Assembly (NCBI GenBank): GCA_035716105.1
Contig: DASTKE010000154.1
Coordinates: 1-27,603, forward strand
From: Ktedonobacteraceae bacterium
GTDB taxonomy: Bacteria > Chloroflexota > Ktedonobacteria > Ktedonobacterales > Ktedonobacteraceae
Direction of reading: 5' to 3'
Length of the DNA stretch: 27,603 nucleotides
This document shows positions 1 through 7,785 of this stretch, one piece after another. How positions within the stretch are numbered: position 1 is the first letter of the stretch; each line of letters opens with the position of its first letter. Below the pieces are notes generated by a model. The model saw nothing but the letters and a program-made list of their open reading frames with translations, did not search any database and had not been told where the DNA came from. Position numbers and translations under genes: made by a program.

Positions 1-299
1 ACAGGACAATACCACATACCTCTTGTGTTTGCAAGCATACATACAACCGCACACCTACTACGATACCCGCAACGAGAGCATTCTGTCAAGTTAAGTAATT
101 CAGGGATTAGCATATCGTTTGTGAAGGATAGGTTTTGAAGAGCAGCCTGCAAGGCTGCTCTTCAAAACCTATCCTTCACAAACGATATGCTAATCCCTGA
201 ATTACTTAACTTGACAGAATGCTCTCGTTGCGGGTATCGTAGTAGGTGTGCGGTTGCATGTATGCTTGCAAACACAAGAGGTATGTGGTATTGTCCTGT
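1..299. repeat. Long near-perfect inverted repeat (palindrome): arms 1-148 and 152-299, loop GCA (149-151); may extend beyond the window start
   Basis: Checked base by base: position i pairs with 300-i for 147 of 148 positions; the only mismatch is A43/C257. Confidence 0.98.
211..240 (+). promoter_or_regulatory. Candidate sigma70-type promoter TTGACA-N18-TATCGT, mirrored on the minus strand at 89-60
   Basis: Consensus -35 at 211-216 and a TA---T -10 at 235-240, upstream of the 322..558 ORF. Motif match only. Confidence 0.4.
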
Positions 300-321
300 T
301 CCTGATAAAGAGGTGAATTTC

Positions 322-558
322 GTGTCCAACCTGTTACAGTTTCTTGCTAACGAAGATAAATTGACGGACGAGCTTTTCGCGTTCGTCACCGACCCTAGCG
401 CCGATAACCGCAACGAACGCGCTATTATCAGCGTCCTGCACGAGGTCCTGCCCCAGATGGTTTCGGTCGCCGAATGCATGATCCTGGATGGGGTCGAGGA
501 GCGGCACTATGTCGCTGATTATGTCCATGCTGCCCTCAATGGCGCGAGCTTCGATTAG
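322..558 (+). CDS. Small acidic hypothetical protein (78 aa from GTG322; longest ORF 187..558, 123 aa)
   Basis: Open frame. A strong SD (GAGGTGA, 310-316) lies 5 nt before GTG322. The start at 187 lies inside the palindrome arm. No family recognised. Confidence 0.5.
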   Translation: MSNLLQFLANEDKLTDELFAFVTDPSADNRNERAIISVLHEVLPQMVSVAECMILDGVEERHYVADYVHAALNGASFD

Positions 559-685
559 GCGTCTCCAGCTTTCCTGAACCAGCGTGATACAACCCGTTGC
601 AGGATACGTATCATATATATGTGTGCCTGTAATAGTGCATTGGTACTGGTGAATCTGTTTCGCTGGTGGGAGGAGCGGGCAGTAT

Positions 686-1102
686 ATGACCATGACATTT
701 AAACGACGCCTGTACCGGCTCAGTCTGGTGAGCGCCACTTTATTGCTGCTTGGAGCGCTGGCATATGCTTTGGCGGATGTGGGCATTTATTCGCTGCAAC
801 TCTTCTGGTTCTGCTATCTGTTCACGTTTGCTGGCATCGTTTCTTGCATGAAGACGATGGAGACGTGGAGTTCCTGGCTAGAGGATACCAGCGAAGACTC
901 TGACGAGACGACCCTGCGGAGCAACATTTATCCCCTCGCTTTCAACCTGGAAGCGTTTGCTATTCTCCTGGTAGCCGCGTTTCTCTTTGTCTGGACGGTA
1001 GGAAGATCGCCAACGTCCCAGGAAGGACTGATCTTTATCTGGTGTATTATCGTCGCCATTGGTTGCGCATTGACCGGGCGTCTCGCCGCAGGCCTCGAAT
1101 GA
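686..1102 (+). CDS. Hypothetical membrane protein, about 4 TM segments (138 aa)
   Basis: GGAGGAG SD upstream of ATG686; four hydrophobic stretches with an acidic loop (EDTSEDSDE) between the second and third. Confidence 0.75.
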   Translation: MTMTFKRRLYRLSLVSATLLLLGALAYALADVGIYSLQLFWFCYLFTFAGIVSCMKTMETWSSWLEDTSEDSDETTLRSNIYPLAFNLEAFAILLVAAFLFVWTVGRSPTSQEGLIFIWCIIVAIGCALTGRLAAGLE

Positions 1103-1111
1103 GGCTTTATT

Positions 1112-1194
1112 TCTGGCCGACTAGTGTTTACAAAGAGGTGTAGAACAGCCTGCAAGGCTGTTCTGCACCTCTTTGTAAACACTAGTCGGCCAGA
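1112..1194. repeat. 40-bp-arm hairpin with GCA loop between convergent genes; possible bidirectional terminator or REP-like element
   Basis: 1112-1151 pairs with 1155-1194 at 39 of 40 positions (T1141/G1165). Core CAGCCTGCAAGGCTG is identical to 143-157. Confidence 0.95.
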
Positions 1195-1196
1195 TA

Positions 1197-2774
1197 TTAC
1201 CCGTGATGCCATTGGACGGTAAAGGTGCTGCCTGCCTGATCGAGCGATGATGCTGTCGCTTTTGCAATGCCTGTATCTGTCTGCATCTGGTAGAGAATGT
1301 CCTGCGGGCCGCTCGCGATGGGTTTGTTCTGGTTGAGCAGGCAGGAGATGCTCTCCGTGCCAAAGTCGGTCAACTGCGCGAGATGGCCCGTGTTGCTGGC
1401 GGGATTATCAACGATGGTTGGCGCTTCGACGATGCATTCTGCCACACTGGTATCAAAAGCGTTTCCCGCGTGGGTGGTTGAGAAATGATCGCCTTCCCTG
1501 GGCGCGTCTATACTGAGAGAGAAGGTACTGTGCTGAAAGGATACCGCAGCCGTCACGCTGTCACCCGGCTGAAGAGGCAAGTCAAGCGGCACGGCAGGGT
1601 CTGGAAATGTCTCCCACCAGAGATAGTACTGCGGGTCTCCCGCCTGGCAATCGCTATCCGATCCCAGTTGTGCCAGCAAGCTTTTGTCGGTGGCATCGCT
1701 GGTCATGCCCACCCAGGTGGCTGAAAGCGAGGTTTCTCCGGCGGAACAGTGCGCCTGTGGCACCGTCCACTGTCCCGTGACTTTCTGAAAGGCGACCGGC
1801 TGTCGCTGGTCAAGAGCCATAGCGGCGTATCCGGCGTAGTAGGTATTGGGCTGTGGCAGGATATAGCGAATGGTTCCACTGCGGGTGCCATCGGGATTCA
1901 CGCCCGTTGCCAGCACACTTCCGTCTCCCGTGTTCCCATTGATCGTAAAGCCCAGCGTGAACGGCCCATTGTGAAGGTAGGTGCCGTGTAGTGTGAGGTC
2001 CCAGTGGCAAGTATAAAGATCATTCCCGCTGCTCACGGCGCGACAGATAGGTACTGGTGCCTGTCCTGCAATAGCTGCGGTGAACTCCACGTCTGTGATG
2101 CTGGCATGTTGCGCAAAGACGTAGGCGGATAACTGTAAGCCTGCTCCCTGCACCAGAAAGCCCTCTTCCGGCGAGTTCCACAATCCAGCCATTGTCTTAG
2201 CCGGAACGATGAGGACAGTAATATGGAAGGCACCAGTATTATTGGCAACGTTGGAGGCGTTCACTCCCAGGAACAGGTTCCCTGCTGTTGTCGGATTGAA
2301 GCCAACGTGCGCCCCCACCCCTCCAACCTGTCCGGCGATACCAACACTATAAATGACCGAATAACAGGGAAAATCAGGATATGGCAGGGCAGCAGCATTG
2401 CACGTGAGGGTGCCTGCCGGGCCTGATTGTTTCCCACCTGGCAGAATGCCAGCAGAGCCGGAGGCGAAAATTTCGATCTTTTCGCCCGGCAGCACGGGAA
2501 TACCGGTATCGGCTCCACGTTTGCCAACCGAGAAATCACCGGCAATGTCTCTCAAGCGTTGTTGTGCGGAGAGCAGAAATGTGTAGATGAGTGGATGGGC
2601 TGGAGGCGTCCGACCGATAGCAGAAGCGGTGTCTGAAGGTAGCCCGGCGCAGCCTGATAACAGGATGAGCAAGGCGAGCGACAGGTAGAGCAATTTTCTG
2701 CGGCAGGGTCTGGCACGGTAGCTCGCCTCTCTTTGTGCTTCATGTATTCGCGCTTCATCGCTGTTAGGGGCCAT
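1197..2774 (-). CDS. Lipoprotein with LecA/PA-IL-like lectin domain, Ig-like middle region and C-terminal G1 (eqolisin, Peptidase_A4) glutamic peptidase domain
   Basis: Signal peptide with lipobox LLILLSGC. N-domain DTGIPVLPGEKIEIFASG...GNLFLGVN...NNTGAFHITV. C-domain YAGY, VTGQWTVP, SATWVG, AQLG (catalytic Gln position) and AECIVEAP (catalytic Glu position). Start uncertain: the ORF runs to 2849. Confidence 0.75.
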   Translation of the reverse strand: MAPNSDEARIHEAQREASYRARPCRRKLLYLSLALLILLSGCAGLPSDTASAIGRTPPAHPLIYTFLLSAQQRLRDIAGDFSVGKRGADTGIPVLPGEKIEIFASGSAGILPGGKQSGPAGTLTCNAAALPYPDFPCYSVIYSVGIAGQVGGVGAHVGFNPTTAGNLFLGVNASNVANNTGAFHITVLIVPAKTMAGLWNSPEEGFLVQGAGLQLSAYVFAQHASITDVEFTAAIAGQAPVPICRAVSSGNDLYTCHWDLTLHGTYLHNGPFTLGFTINGNTGDGSVLATGVNPDGTRSGTIRYILPQPNTYYAGYAAMALDQRQPVAFQKVTGQWTVPQAHCSAGETSLSATWVGMTSDATDKSLLAQLGSDSDCQAGDPQYYLWWETFPDPAVPLDLPLQPGDSVTAAVSFQHSTFSLSIDAPREGDHFSTTHAGNAFDTSVAECIVEAPTIVDNPASNTGHLAQLTDFGTESISCLLNQNKPIASGPQDILYQMQTDTGIAKATASSLDQAGSTFTVQWHHG

Positions 2775-2886
2775 TGGTTGAATCCATTCCAGTACTTCAG
2801 GGGTGTAACCAGACGTGCCTATCATATCGTATCTTACATATGCTCGCAAGCGTTTTGGCGGCGATTCGCTACATGTTCCTGCTATA

Positions 2887-2895
2887 TGTTACACT
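2887..2895 (+). promoter_or_regulatory. Candidate extended -10 promoter TGtTACACT
   Basis: TGn-TAnnnT match about 70 bp upstream of ATG2963; similar motifs occur at 12909 and 20304. Confidence 0.35.
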
Positions 2896-2962
2896 ACACG
2901 GAAGTTCCATGTGTTGATTGAATAATTGCCAGCAGGTCAAAGCAAACGGGGAGGAATTTTTT

Positions 2963-3652
2963 ATGCATGAAGAACGTCCAGGAGAAGAGTTTCAGGATGA
3001 ATATGGTATATCGGAAACAGTCCCTTCCGTCTCGGAGCCTTATTCGTCTGACTCTATGACCACAACGGATGAATACGGTATGCCGGAAACAGTCCCTTAT
3101 GTTCCCTATGAAGCATCATCCCCGCAAACATCTGGATCAGGGGCAGCCGAGGTTGCAGGTGAGCAGGATACCTTTGTTTCTCCTGCCGGGCAAGAAGGGG
3201 CGGCAATGCCTGCGCCTGATATCTTCGCTCCTGGGCCTGTGCCAAAGAAAAGCCATCGTCGGCGCTGGATTGTCGCGGGCATTGTGGCTCTTCTCGTTGT
3301 GGTGCTTGGCTCTGTTGGCTCATTCTTCCTCGTAAACTATATCAATCGCCCCACTCCCAACAAGACGCTTGATGCTTTTTGCAATGCTTTGCAGCATGAA
3401 GATTATCGCACCGCCTATAGCGAGTTTTCGCCAGGGATGCAGAGTACCATTCCAGAGGCGGACTTCGCGGCCTTGCTCTCGCAGGATAAAGTCACGACCT
3501 GTACCCACGGGAATACCGATGACTCTAAAAACAGCGTAACCACCAATCTGAAGCTTGTTCACGTCTCCAAGGGCATCAACGCCGACGTGGTGACGCTGAC
3601 GAAAGATAAGGACAACAACTGGAAAATCTCTGATATCGGTCGCCAACAGTAG
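2963..3652 (+). CDS. Single-pass membrane protein: acidic low-complexity N-terminus, one TM helix, NTF2/DUF4878-like extracellular domain
   Basis: SD GGGGAGGA before ATG2963; HRRR followed by a hydrophobic TM; C-domain LDAFCNALQHEDYRTAYSEFS...WKIS resembles NTF2-like anchored domains. Confidence 0.8.
   Translation: MHEERPGEEFQDEYGISETVPSVSEPYSSDSMTTTDEYGMPETVPYVPYEASSPQTSGSGAAEVAGEQDTFVSPAGQEGAAMPAPDIFAPGPVPKKSHRRRWIVAGIVALLVVVLGSVGSFFLVNYINRPTPNKTLDAFCNALQHEDYRTAYSEFSPGMQSTIPEADFAALLSQDKVTTCTHGNTDDSKNSVTTNLKLVHVSKGINADVVTLTKDKDNNWKISDIGRQQ
2995..3098 (+). repeat. Intragenic direct repeat, two 32-bp copies 72 bp apart (DEYGISETVP / DEYGMPETVP)
   Basis: 2995-3026 vs 3067-3098, 29 of 32 identical. 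Confidence 0.9.
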
Positions 3653-3837
3653 CGCACACTCACACCCGCTCGCGACGTGTTGGAATAGATACCCCGGTAT
3701 CACCTTCACGACAGCATTTTCACGGCTGCCTCGACCTGATTTCTATGATTGCTCGGTATCCTTAAACTCAGGAGAGAGAGCGAGACTTTTCAGGCCCTGG
3801 GATGATTGTTTGCTAGACTCTCTCGAAGTGTGCAGCC

Positions 3838-5172
3838 ATGAATCTGATCATGTTTTCCGTCAAAACGAAGGGCATCCATAATTTTGCCCGGCGGCTCTGG
3901 ACCGTGTTCGCCAGATTCGGCATTTCTGAGAGGCAGACGCGCAATGCCTTGCACTCCCTTGTCGATTCGGTTCGTGCCTACAATTCAGCACCGACATTTT
4001 TCATTCCCGCCGTCGTGCTGAACCGGCACCCTGCGTTGATCGCGGAGATCAAGGGTCTGGGCGCGGAAGTTGGGGTGCATGGATATGTCCACAACGACTA
4101 TCGCACGCTGACTCCTGGTGAGCAGTATAAGCAGACCGAGAAAGCCATCTCTGTATTCCAGCAAACGAACATTCCGCACCAGGGGTTTCGCAATCCCTAT
4201 CTTGGATGGACAGAGGACTCGCTGCGGGTGTTCGAGGCGCTGGGCTTTCTCTACGAGAGCAATGAGGCGGTCATCCATGACGTGATCAACCTCGATGCGC
4301 TCTCGCCTCTCATCAGAAGCGGCTATGAAAAATCGTTGAAGCTGTTCCAGGCCATTTCTCGCAGCACATACTCCCTGCGCCCGCATTTTGAAGGGAATCT
4401 CCTGCGCATTCCCACCAGCATTCCCGATGATGAGATGCTGTTTGATCGCTTGCGCATGGGCGCGAACGAAGTTGGGCGGGCCTGGAGCCGGGTCATGCAG
4501 GGCGTCTATGATCTGGGTGGGCTATATACTCTCAACCTGCACCCCGAACGCGGCATCCTCTGCAAACGCGCCCTGGACGGGTTGTTACGGTACGCGAGCG
4601 CTCGTCCACTTATAGTCTGGACAACCCGATTACAGGATGTCGCGCAGTGGTGGCAGGAACGCCGCCGGTTCAGGCTGGCTATCACGCCAGTTGCGCCCGG
4701 TCGCTGGCAGGTCGAATTGACCTGTACTCCTCGCGCAACGCTCCTGGCGCGCCATGTAACAGTAGAAGATCAGCCCACAAGCGCCTGGTTCGGCGTTGAT
4801 AAGCGTGTGCATTGCGCCTCTCAGCACATGCTCGTATCGGCGGCGCAGTGTCCGTGTATCGCGCTTTCACCAGAAACGCCTCAATCGGTGGCCGATTTTC
4901 TGCACGAGCAGGGCTATCCCGTTGTCTATGATGCAGAGGAGGTGGCTTCCACCTATGCTCTGTATCTCGATATACCACAGGGGCTGGGGACAGTCCGCGA
5001 GGAGCAGTTGCAGCGCCGCAGCGAGCTGGTGGAGCGGATCGAACAACTGGAAGCGCCACTTCTCCATTTTGGCTGCTGGCCCGACGGACAGCGTGCCGCG
5101 CTGGCTATCAGCGGGGATATCGACTCGGTGACTGTGCAAGATTTCTTCCTGCGCATTCTCGAAGTCCATTGA
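3838..5172 (+). CDS. Polysaccharide deacetylase family (CE4/NodB-like) protein
   Basis: TFFIP, H81-G-Y-V-H85 metal motif, FRNPY, LNLH235P, and a motif-1-like WPDGQRAALAISGDID at the C-terminus. Confidence 0.85.
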   Translation: MNLIMFSVKTKGIHNFARRLWTVFARFGISERQTRNALHSLVDSVRAYNSAPTFFIPAVVLNRHPALIAEIKGLGAEVGVHGYVHNDYRTLTPGEQYKQTEKAISVFQQTNIPHQGFRNPYLGWTEDSLRVFEALGFLYESNEAVIHDVINLDALSPLIRSGYEKSLKLFQAISRSTYSLRPHFEGNLLRIPTSIPDDEMLFDRLRMGANEVGRAWSRVMQGVYDLGGLYTLNLHPERGILCKRALDGLLRYASARPLIVWTTRLQDVAQWWQERRRFRLAITPVAPGRWQVELTCTPRATLLARHVTVEDQPTSAWFGVDKRVHCASQHMLVSAAQCPCIALSPETPQSVADFLHEQGYPVVYDAEEVASTYALYLDIPQGLGTVREEQLQRRSELVERIEQLEAPLLHFGCWPDGQRAALAISGDIDSVTVQDFFLRILEVH

Positions 5173-5184
5173 CAGGTCTGCAAT

Positions 5185-5248
5185 GAAGAGGCCAGGAAAA
5201 AGCGCTTCTCTGGATATGTCCAGGGAAGCGCTTTTTCCTGGCCTCTTC
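5185..5248. terminator. 30-bp stem hairpin between convergent genes; probable bidirectional terminator
   Basis: 5185-5214 pairs with 5219-5248 with one T/G pair (5209/5224), loop TATG; no clear U-tract. Confidence 0.7.
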
Positions 5249-5249
5249 G

Positions 5250-6500
5250 CTATTCCACCGCTATCTCTGCATCGCTCGCGACCTGGTAGCGCTCTTCCTC
5301 TTGTTCTCTCTTCCCAGAGAGCGTTTCCAGTAACTGCTGGTAGCGTTGCGCCATTGTTTCCCAGCGATACGGAATATAATCCTCGGAGGCGTTGGCGATC
5401 AGGGATGCACGCTTCTCCGGGCGCTGGTAGAGGTCGATAATGGCCCCGGCGAATGCTTCGTGCTCTAAGGGAGAACAGAGCATGATAGATTCTGGACGGA
5501 ACAGCGAGCGGATGGCCGGCGTATCCGAGGCGATGATGGGACGGTGCATCCAGGCGAACTCGTAGGCTTTCGTGGGCAGCACCAGGTCCATGAAACCATC
5601 GCGGCGATACGGGATGATGCCAACATCGCCATGTACCACGAAATCAACGATCTCGTCGGAGCGGCATGGCTCCGTGAATATCACCGCGTCGCTTATGCCC
5701 AGTTCCGCGGCCAATTGTTTGAGTACGGGCAGATGCTCGCCTCTGCCTTTAATATCCAATCGCACGTTCGGTATGCTCTCGCGTACCAGGGCAATGGCGC
5801 GTATGGCGATATCGAGGCCGTTGCGTTCCGCCAGCGTACCATGATACATCACAATGAACGGGTGGGGTTCCTCGGATGACTCAAATGGGAGGGGATAGCG
5901 GCGCGAGGGCGGGAAGAGTTTGGGATCTGCGCTGTTGAGAATAATGGTCATCTTCTTAGCAGGGATACCGCGCTGCAACAGGACTTTTTCAAAAGGCCAG
6001 CCAACCGTTATCACGGAATCGGCAAACGCGGAGGAGAGGCGCTCCTGCCAGATCGCCAGCAGGGTCACGATATTCTTCTTCGCCCCACTCGACTTTGCCG
6101 CCATCAATTCCGGGCTGGTATCCTGTATCTCTAGAATGACTTTTGCCCCCAGCAGCTTTGGCACCAGAGCCGCGAAGACGAGAAAGTCCGGCATATTGTG
6201 GACGTGGATGACATCGTAACGTCGCTTGAGGTGCAGCCGGGTGATGGTCATCGCCGCCAGGAGGAGGAACCAGCACCAGCTCAGGATGGTCATGGGCAGT
6301 GAGCGGCCAAAGCCTCGATCCATTGGCAGGCGATAGACATGCACGCCGTTGCAGACTTCATGGCGCTTCTCGTCCGCCCGGCGCAAGCAAATCACATCGA
6401 CGCTATTCCCGGCGGCGACCGCCGCGTCAGCGACGCGGCGTACCAGGGGATCAAAAGGGAACCAGTCAAAGGTAATTGTGCCAACTCGTATTGACGACAT
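5250..6500 (-). CDS. Glycosyltransferase family 4 (GT-B), 416 aa
   Basis: SD AAAGGA before ATG6500; HVHNMPD, YHGTLAERNG and PTKAYEFAWMHRPIIASD motifs. The track's extension to 6701 overlaps the upstream gene and is probably non-coding. Confidence 0.9.
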   Translation of the reverse strand: MSSIRVGTITFDWFPFDPLVRRVADAAVAAGNSVDVICLRRADEKRHEVCNGVHVYRLPMDRGFGRSLPMTILSWCWFLLLAAMTITRLHLKRRYDVIHVHNMPDFLVFAALVPKLLGAKVILEIQDTSPELMAAKSSGAKKNIVTLLAIWQERLSSAFADSVITVGWPFEKVLLQRGIPAKKMTIILNSADPKLFPPSRRYPLPFESSEEPHPFIVMYHGTLAERNGLDIAIRAIALVRESIPNVRLDIKGRGEHLPVLKQLAAELGISDAVIFTEPCRSDEIVDFVVHGDVGIIPYRRDGFMDLVLPTKAYEFAWMHRPIIASDTPAIRSLFRPESIMLCSPLEHEAFAGAIIDLYQRPEKRASLIANASEDYIPYRWETMAQRYQQLLETLSGKREQEEERYQVASDAEIAVE

Positions 6501-6525
6501 AACGATAACATCCTTTCGTATCATT

Positions 6526-7785
6526 TCAGGCACTGCGGCTTGTACGTACCCATTCACTTGTATGTTTTTTGCTTCTCCTGAGCACGAAGTATACCCAGAG
6601 TTTCCAGAGCATAAAGCCCGGAGCGTGCAGGAGCGCCCGGTACACGGCTTGAGGCGGCTGCAACAGGTACAGGGGAGTAGCGATGTACCCCAGCAATCCA
6701 CCGATCAGCAGCAGGCTGAGCAGGAGTTCAATCGTTGCAAGAAGTGCGAACGGCGACCAGAGGAAGCCTATGAGCGCAGCCAGCAGCATGAGCAAGCAAC
6801 CGCATACCAGCGAAGAAAGCGGCGGCGTCAGCAATTCGGCTGTCGCCTCGATACGTGCGGGATCGCGAAAGCGAATGCCCGCCCGCAGCAATCTCGCGGC
6901 GATGCGCCATGTTGATTGAGAACCGTCTCCGGTTGGTGATTCCCAGCGTACATCTTGCGTGCGCATCTGAGAAAATGTGGTCGGCATCTGCGAGCGTACC
7001 ACCGCTTCAGGGACATAGCATACCCGCTCACCATGTTCTATCAGGATGAGGTAATACTGGTAGTCCTCTCCAATTGTGAATGCTTGCCAGGGATAGCGCT
7101 GGAGAAGATCGTGGCTCAAACACATGCCGTTGCCGGTGAGCGTAGAGGAGGCACCGAGGCCATTTCTACCGAGGGTGCGCACGTGGTTGACCAGCGAGAG
7201 GGCAATCCAGCGCAGGGCCGCGCTGGGAGATTCTGTAATATTGAGTACCGTGTTATTTGCCTGCAATGCCCGTGCGCCTTGCGAGAATGCTCTTGCCATC
7301 GCCTGTAAAAAGGTTGGTACTACCACTGAGTCGGCATCGAGCACAATGTAGGCATCGTGGATACGCCGGTCTTCAGCTAGCTTCTGTAAGAGCCAGTTCA
7401 GCGCGTAGCCCTTGCCACGCTTGCTGCTATCAAAGCGCTCGTAGACCTGTACGCCCCCCGTATCTCCCATCGCACGAGCCAGCGCGGCTGTGTCATCCGT
7501 GCAATTGTCGGCTACCACGTAGACCATGAAGTGTCCCTTTGGATATGCAAGCTCTTTCAGGCTGCTCAATAAGCTCGCCAGTATCATTGCCTCGTTGTGG
7601 GCCGGAATCAGTATGGCGAAGTTGGGCAACTGCGCTGGCGCAACATCTGTGTGAGTGTGCTTACTTCTCCTGCTTCTCGTGGTCAGAATTGCGGAGATGC
7701 TCAGGAGACACAAATACAGGATCGGGAGGGCTATGCTTATTTCCACAAACAGAAGTAGCCATCTGATGATCTGCGCTGCTAGCAT
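6526..7785 (-). CDS. Glycosyltransferase family 2, membrane-bound, synthase-like (IcaA/BcsA-type motifs)
   Basis: IPAHNE, ADNCTD, KGYALN, LDADS (DxD), GED and QDVRW (QxxRW); N- and C-terminal TM segments. Confidence 0.92.
   Translation of the reverse strand: MLAAQIIRWLLLFVEISIALPILYLCLLSISAILTTRSRRSKHTHTDVAPAQLPNFAILIPAHNEAMILASLLSSLKELAYPKGHFMVYVVADNCTDDTAALARAMGDTGGVQVYERFDSSKRGKGYALNWLLQKLAEDRRIHDAYIVLDADSVVVPTFLQAMARAFSQGARALQANNTVLNITESPSAALRWIALSLVNHVRTLGRNGLGASSTLTGNGMCLSHDLLQRYPWQAFTIGEDYQYYLILIEHGERVCYVPEAVVRSQMPTTFSQMRTQDVRWESPTGDGSQSTWRIAARLLRAGIRFRDPARIEATAELLTPPLSSLVCGCLLMLLAALIGFLWSPFALLATIELLLSLLLIGGLLGYIATPLYLLQPPQAVYRALLHAPGFMLWKLWVYFVLRRSKKHTSEWVRTSRSA

Noticed and set aside
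139-161. Classical protelomerase (TelN/ResT-type) target
   Set aside because: Those read as dyads without an asymmetric 3-nt loop, and no resolvase gene is visible. It is kept only as a remote option under the palindrome finding.
162-479. Minus-strand 105-aa ORF and other short shadow ORFs in the track (e.g. 334..786, 928..1212, 6349..6915, 7953..8564, 17748..18215)
   Set aside because: They overlap better-supported genes or palindromes, and have no SD or recognisable motifs.
1112-1194. Integron attC site after ORF 686..1102
   Set aside because: No RYYYAAC / GTTRRRY ends, no extrahelical-base pattern, and no integrase in the window.
6501-6701. 67-aa Cys-rich N-terminal extension of the GT4 given by the track
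   Set aside because: It overlaps the GT2 3' end in another frame; a good SD supports ATG6500.
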